From Candidatus Gastranaerophilaceae bacterium (GTDB taxonomy: Bacteria > Cyanobacteriota > Vampirovibrionia > Gastranaerophilales > Gastranaerophilaceae): 64,000 nucleotides of DNA. The DNA is taken from assembly GCA_041678605.1 (NCBI GenBank), contig JBAYNW010000001.1:13947-77946 (forward strand), given 5' to 3'. The notes beneath the pieces were generated by a model that had not been told where the DNA came from, searched no databases, and saw only the letters and a list, made by a program, of their open reading frames with translations. This document shows positions 63,946-64,000 of this stretch, piece after piece; within the stretch, counting starts at the first letter, position 1, and every line of letters starts with the position of its first letter. The position numbers and the translations under genes were made by a program.

Positions 63946-64000
63946 GGCAGAAGGAGCCGTTTGGCAAGCTTTAGCCTGAGAATTGCACGGCTGATTGTAT

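Noticed and set aside
1-64000. Search for tRNA, rRNA, transposase, integrase, reverse transcriptase or cas genes.
   Set aside because: No GTTCGAATC-type T-arm contexts, rRNA-like conserved stretches, or DDE, tyrosine-recombinase or RT motifs were seen in any ORF translation. A tRNAscan/Infernal run should confirm this.

Overview
This is a low-GC bacterial chromosomal segment carrying dnaA and about 60 protein genes. Most are housekeeping: rbgA (5' partial), rnhB, a malic enzyme, ffh, pgeF, gatD, aspS, ribF, glyQ, dnaA, ftsI, murE, thiC, accC/accB, efp, rsgA, a polyprenyl synthase and a sugar-type ABC binding protein. There is also a flagellar switch/export cluster (fliM/N-like, fliO-like, fliP, fliQ, fliR). 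Two prepilin-like genes are each paired with a divergent XRE regulator. Other accessory genes are orphan response regulators (HD-GYP and NarL type), an MNT/HEPN pair and an orphan HicB. I recognised no rRNA, tRNA, CRISPR array, transposase or integrase. The outstanding feature is a very heavy load of miniature repeats of at least four kinds. (1) Modular arrays of tandem heptanucleotides (GTGAGAC, GAAACGG, GGGAATT, TTCAACC, CTTAAGC and others) plus a ~50-nt CACTTAATCAC module recur at 14 or more sites in both orientations. (2) A poly-C/poly-G palindromic element. (3) A CATTGCGAGG...CCTCGCAATG palindromic element. (4) Smaller palindromic units. These repeats punctuate an accessory island (about 38.8-47.6 kb) into gene cassettes. 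They flank a four-helix-bundle gene wedged between fliR and fliQ. They also sit in frame inside at least eight otherwise conserved genes: rnhB, malic enzyme, pgeF, a formyltransferase, rsgA, the ABC binding protein and two others. Other leads: a small set of orphan genes sharing an upstream motif pair and an N-terminal motif; a protein with four tandem GntR domains; an MNT/HEPN cassette bounded by 168-nt direct repeats that re-duplicate the rsgA 3' end; and two GC-rich multi-helix intergenic regions that could be ncRNAs. Heptamer repeats plus flagella in a low-GC genome are compatible with a non-photosynthetic cyanobacterial sister lineage (Melainabacteria-like). That is a guess and needs a database search. 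All calls rest on reading the ORF translations and the DNA by eye.
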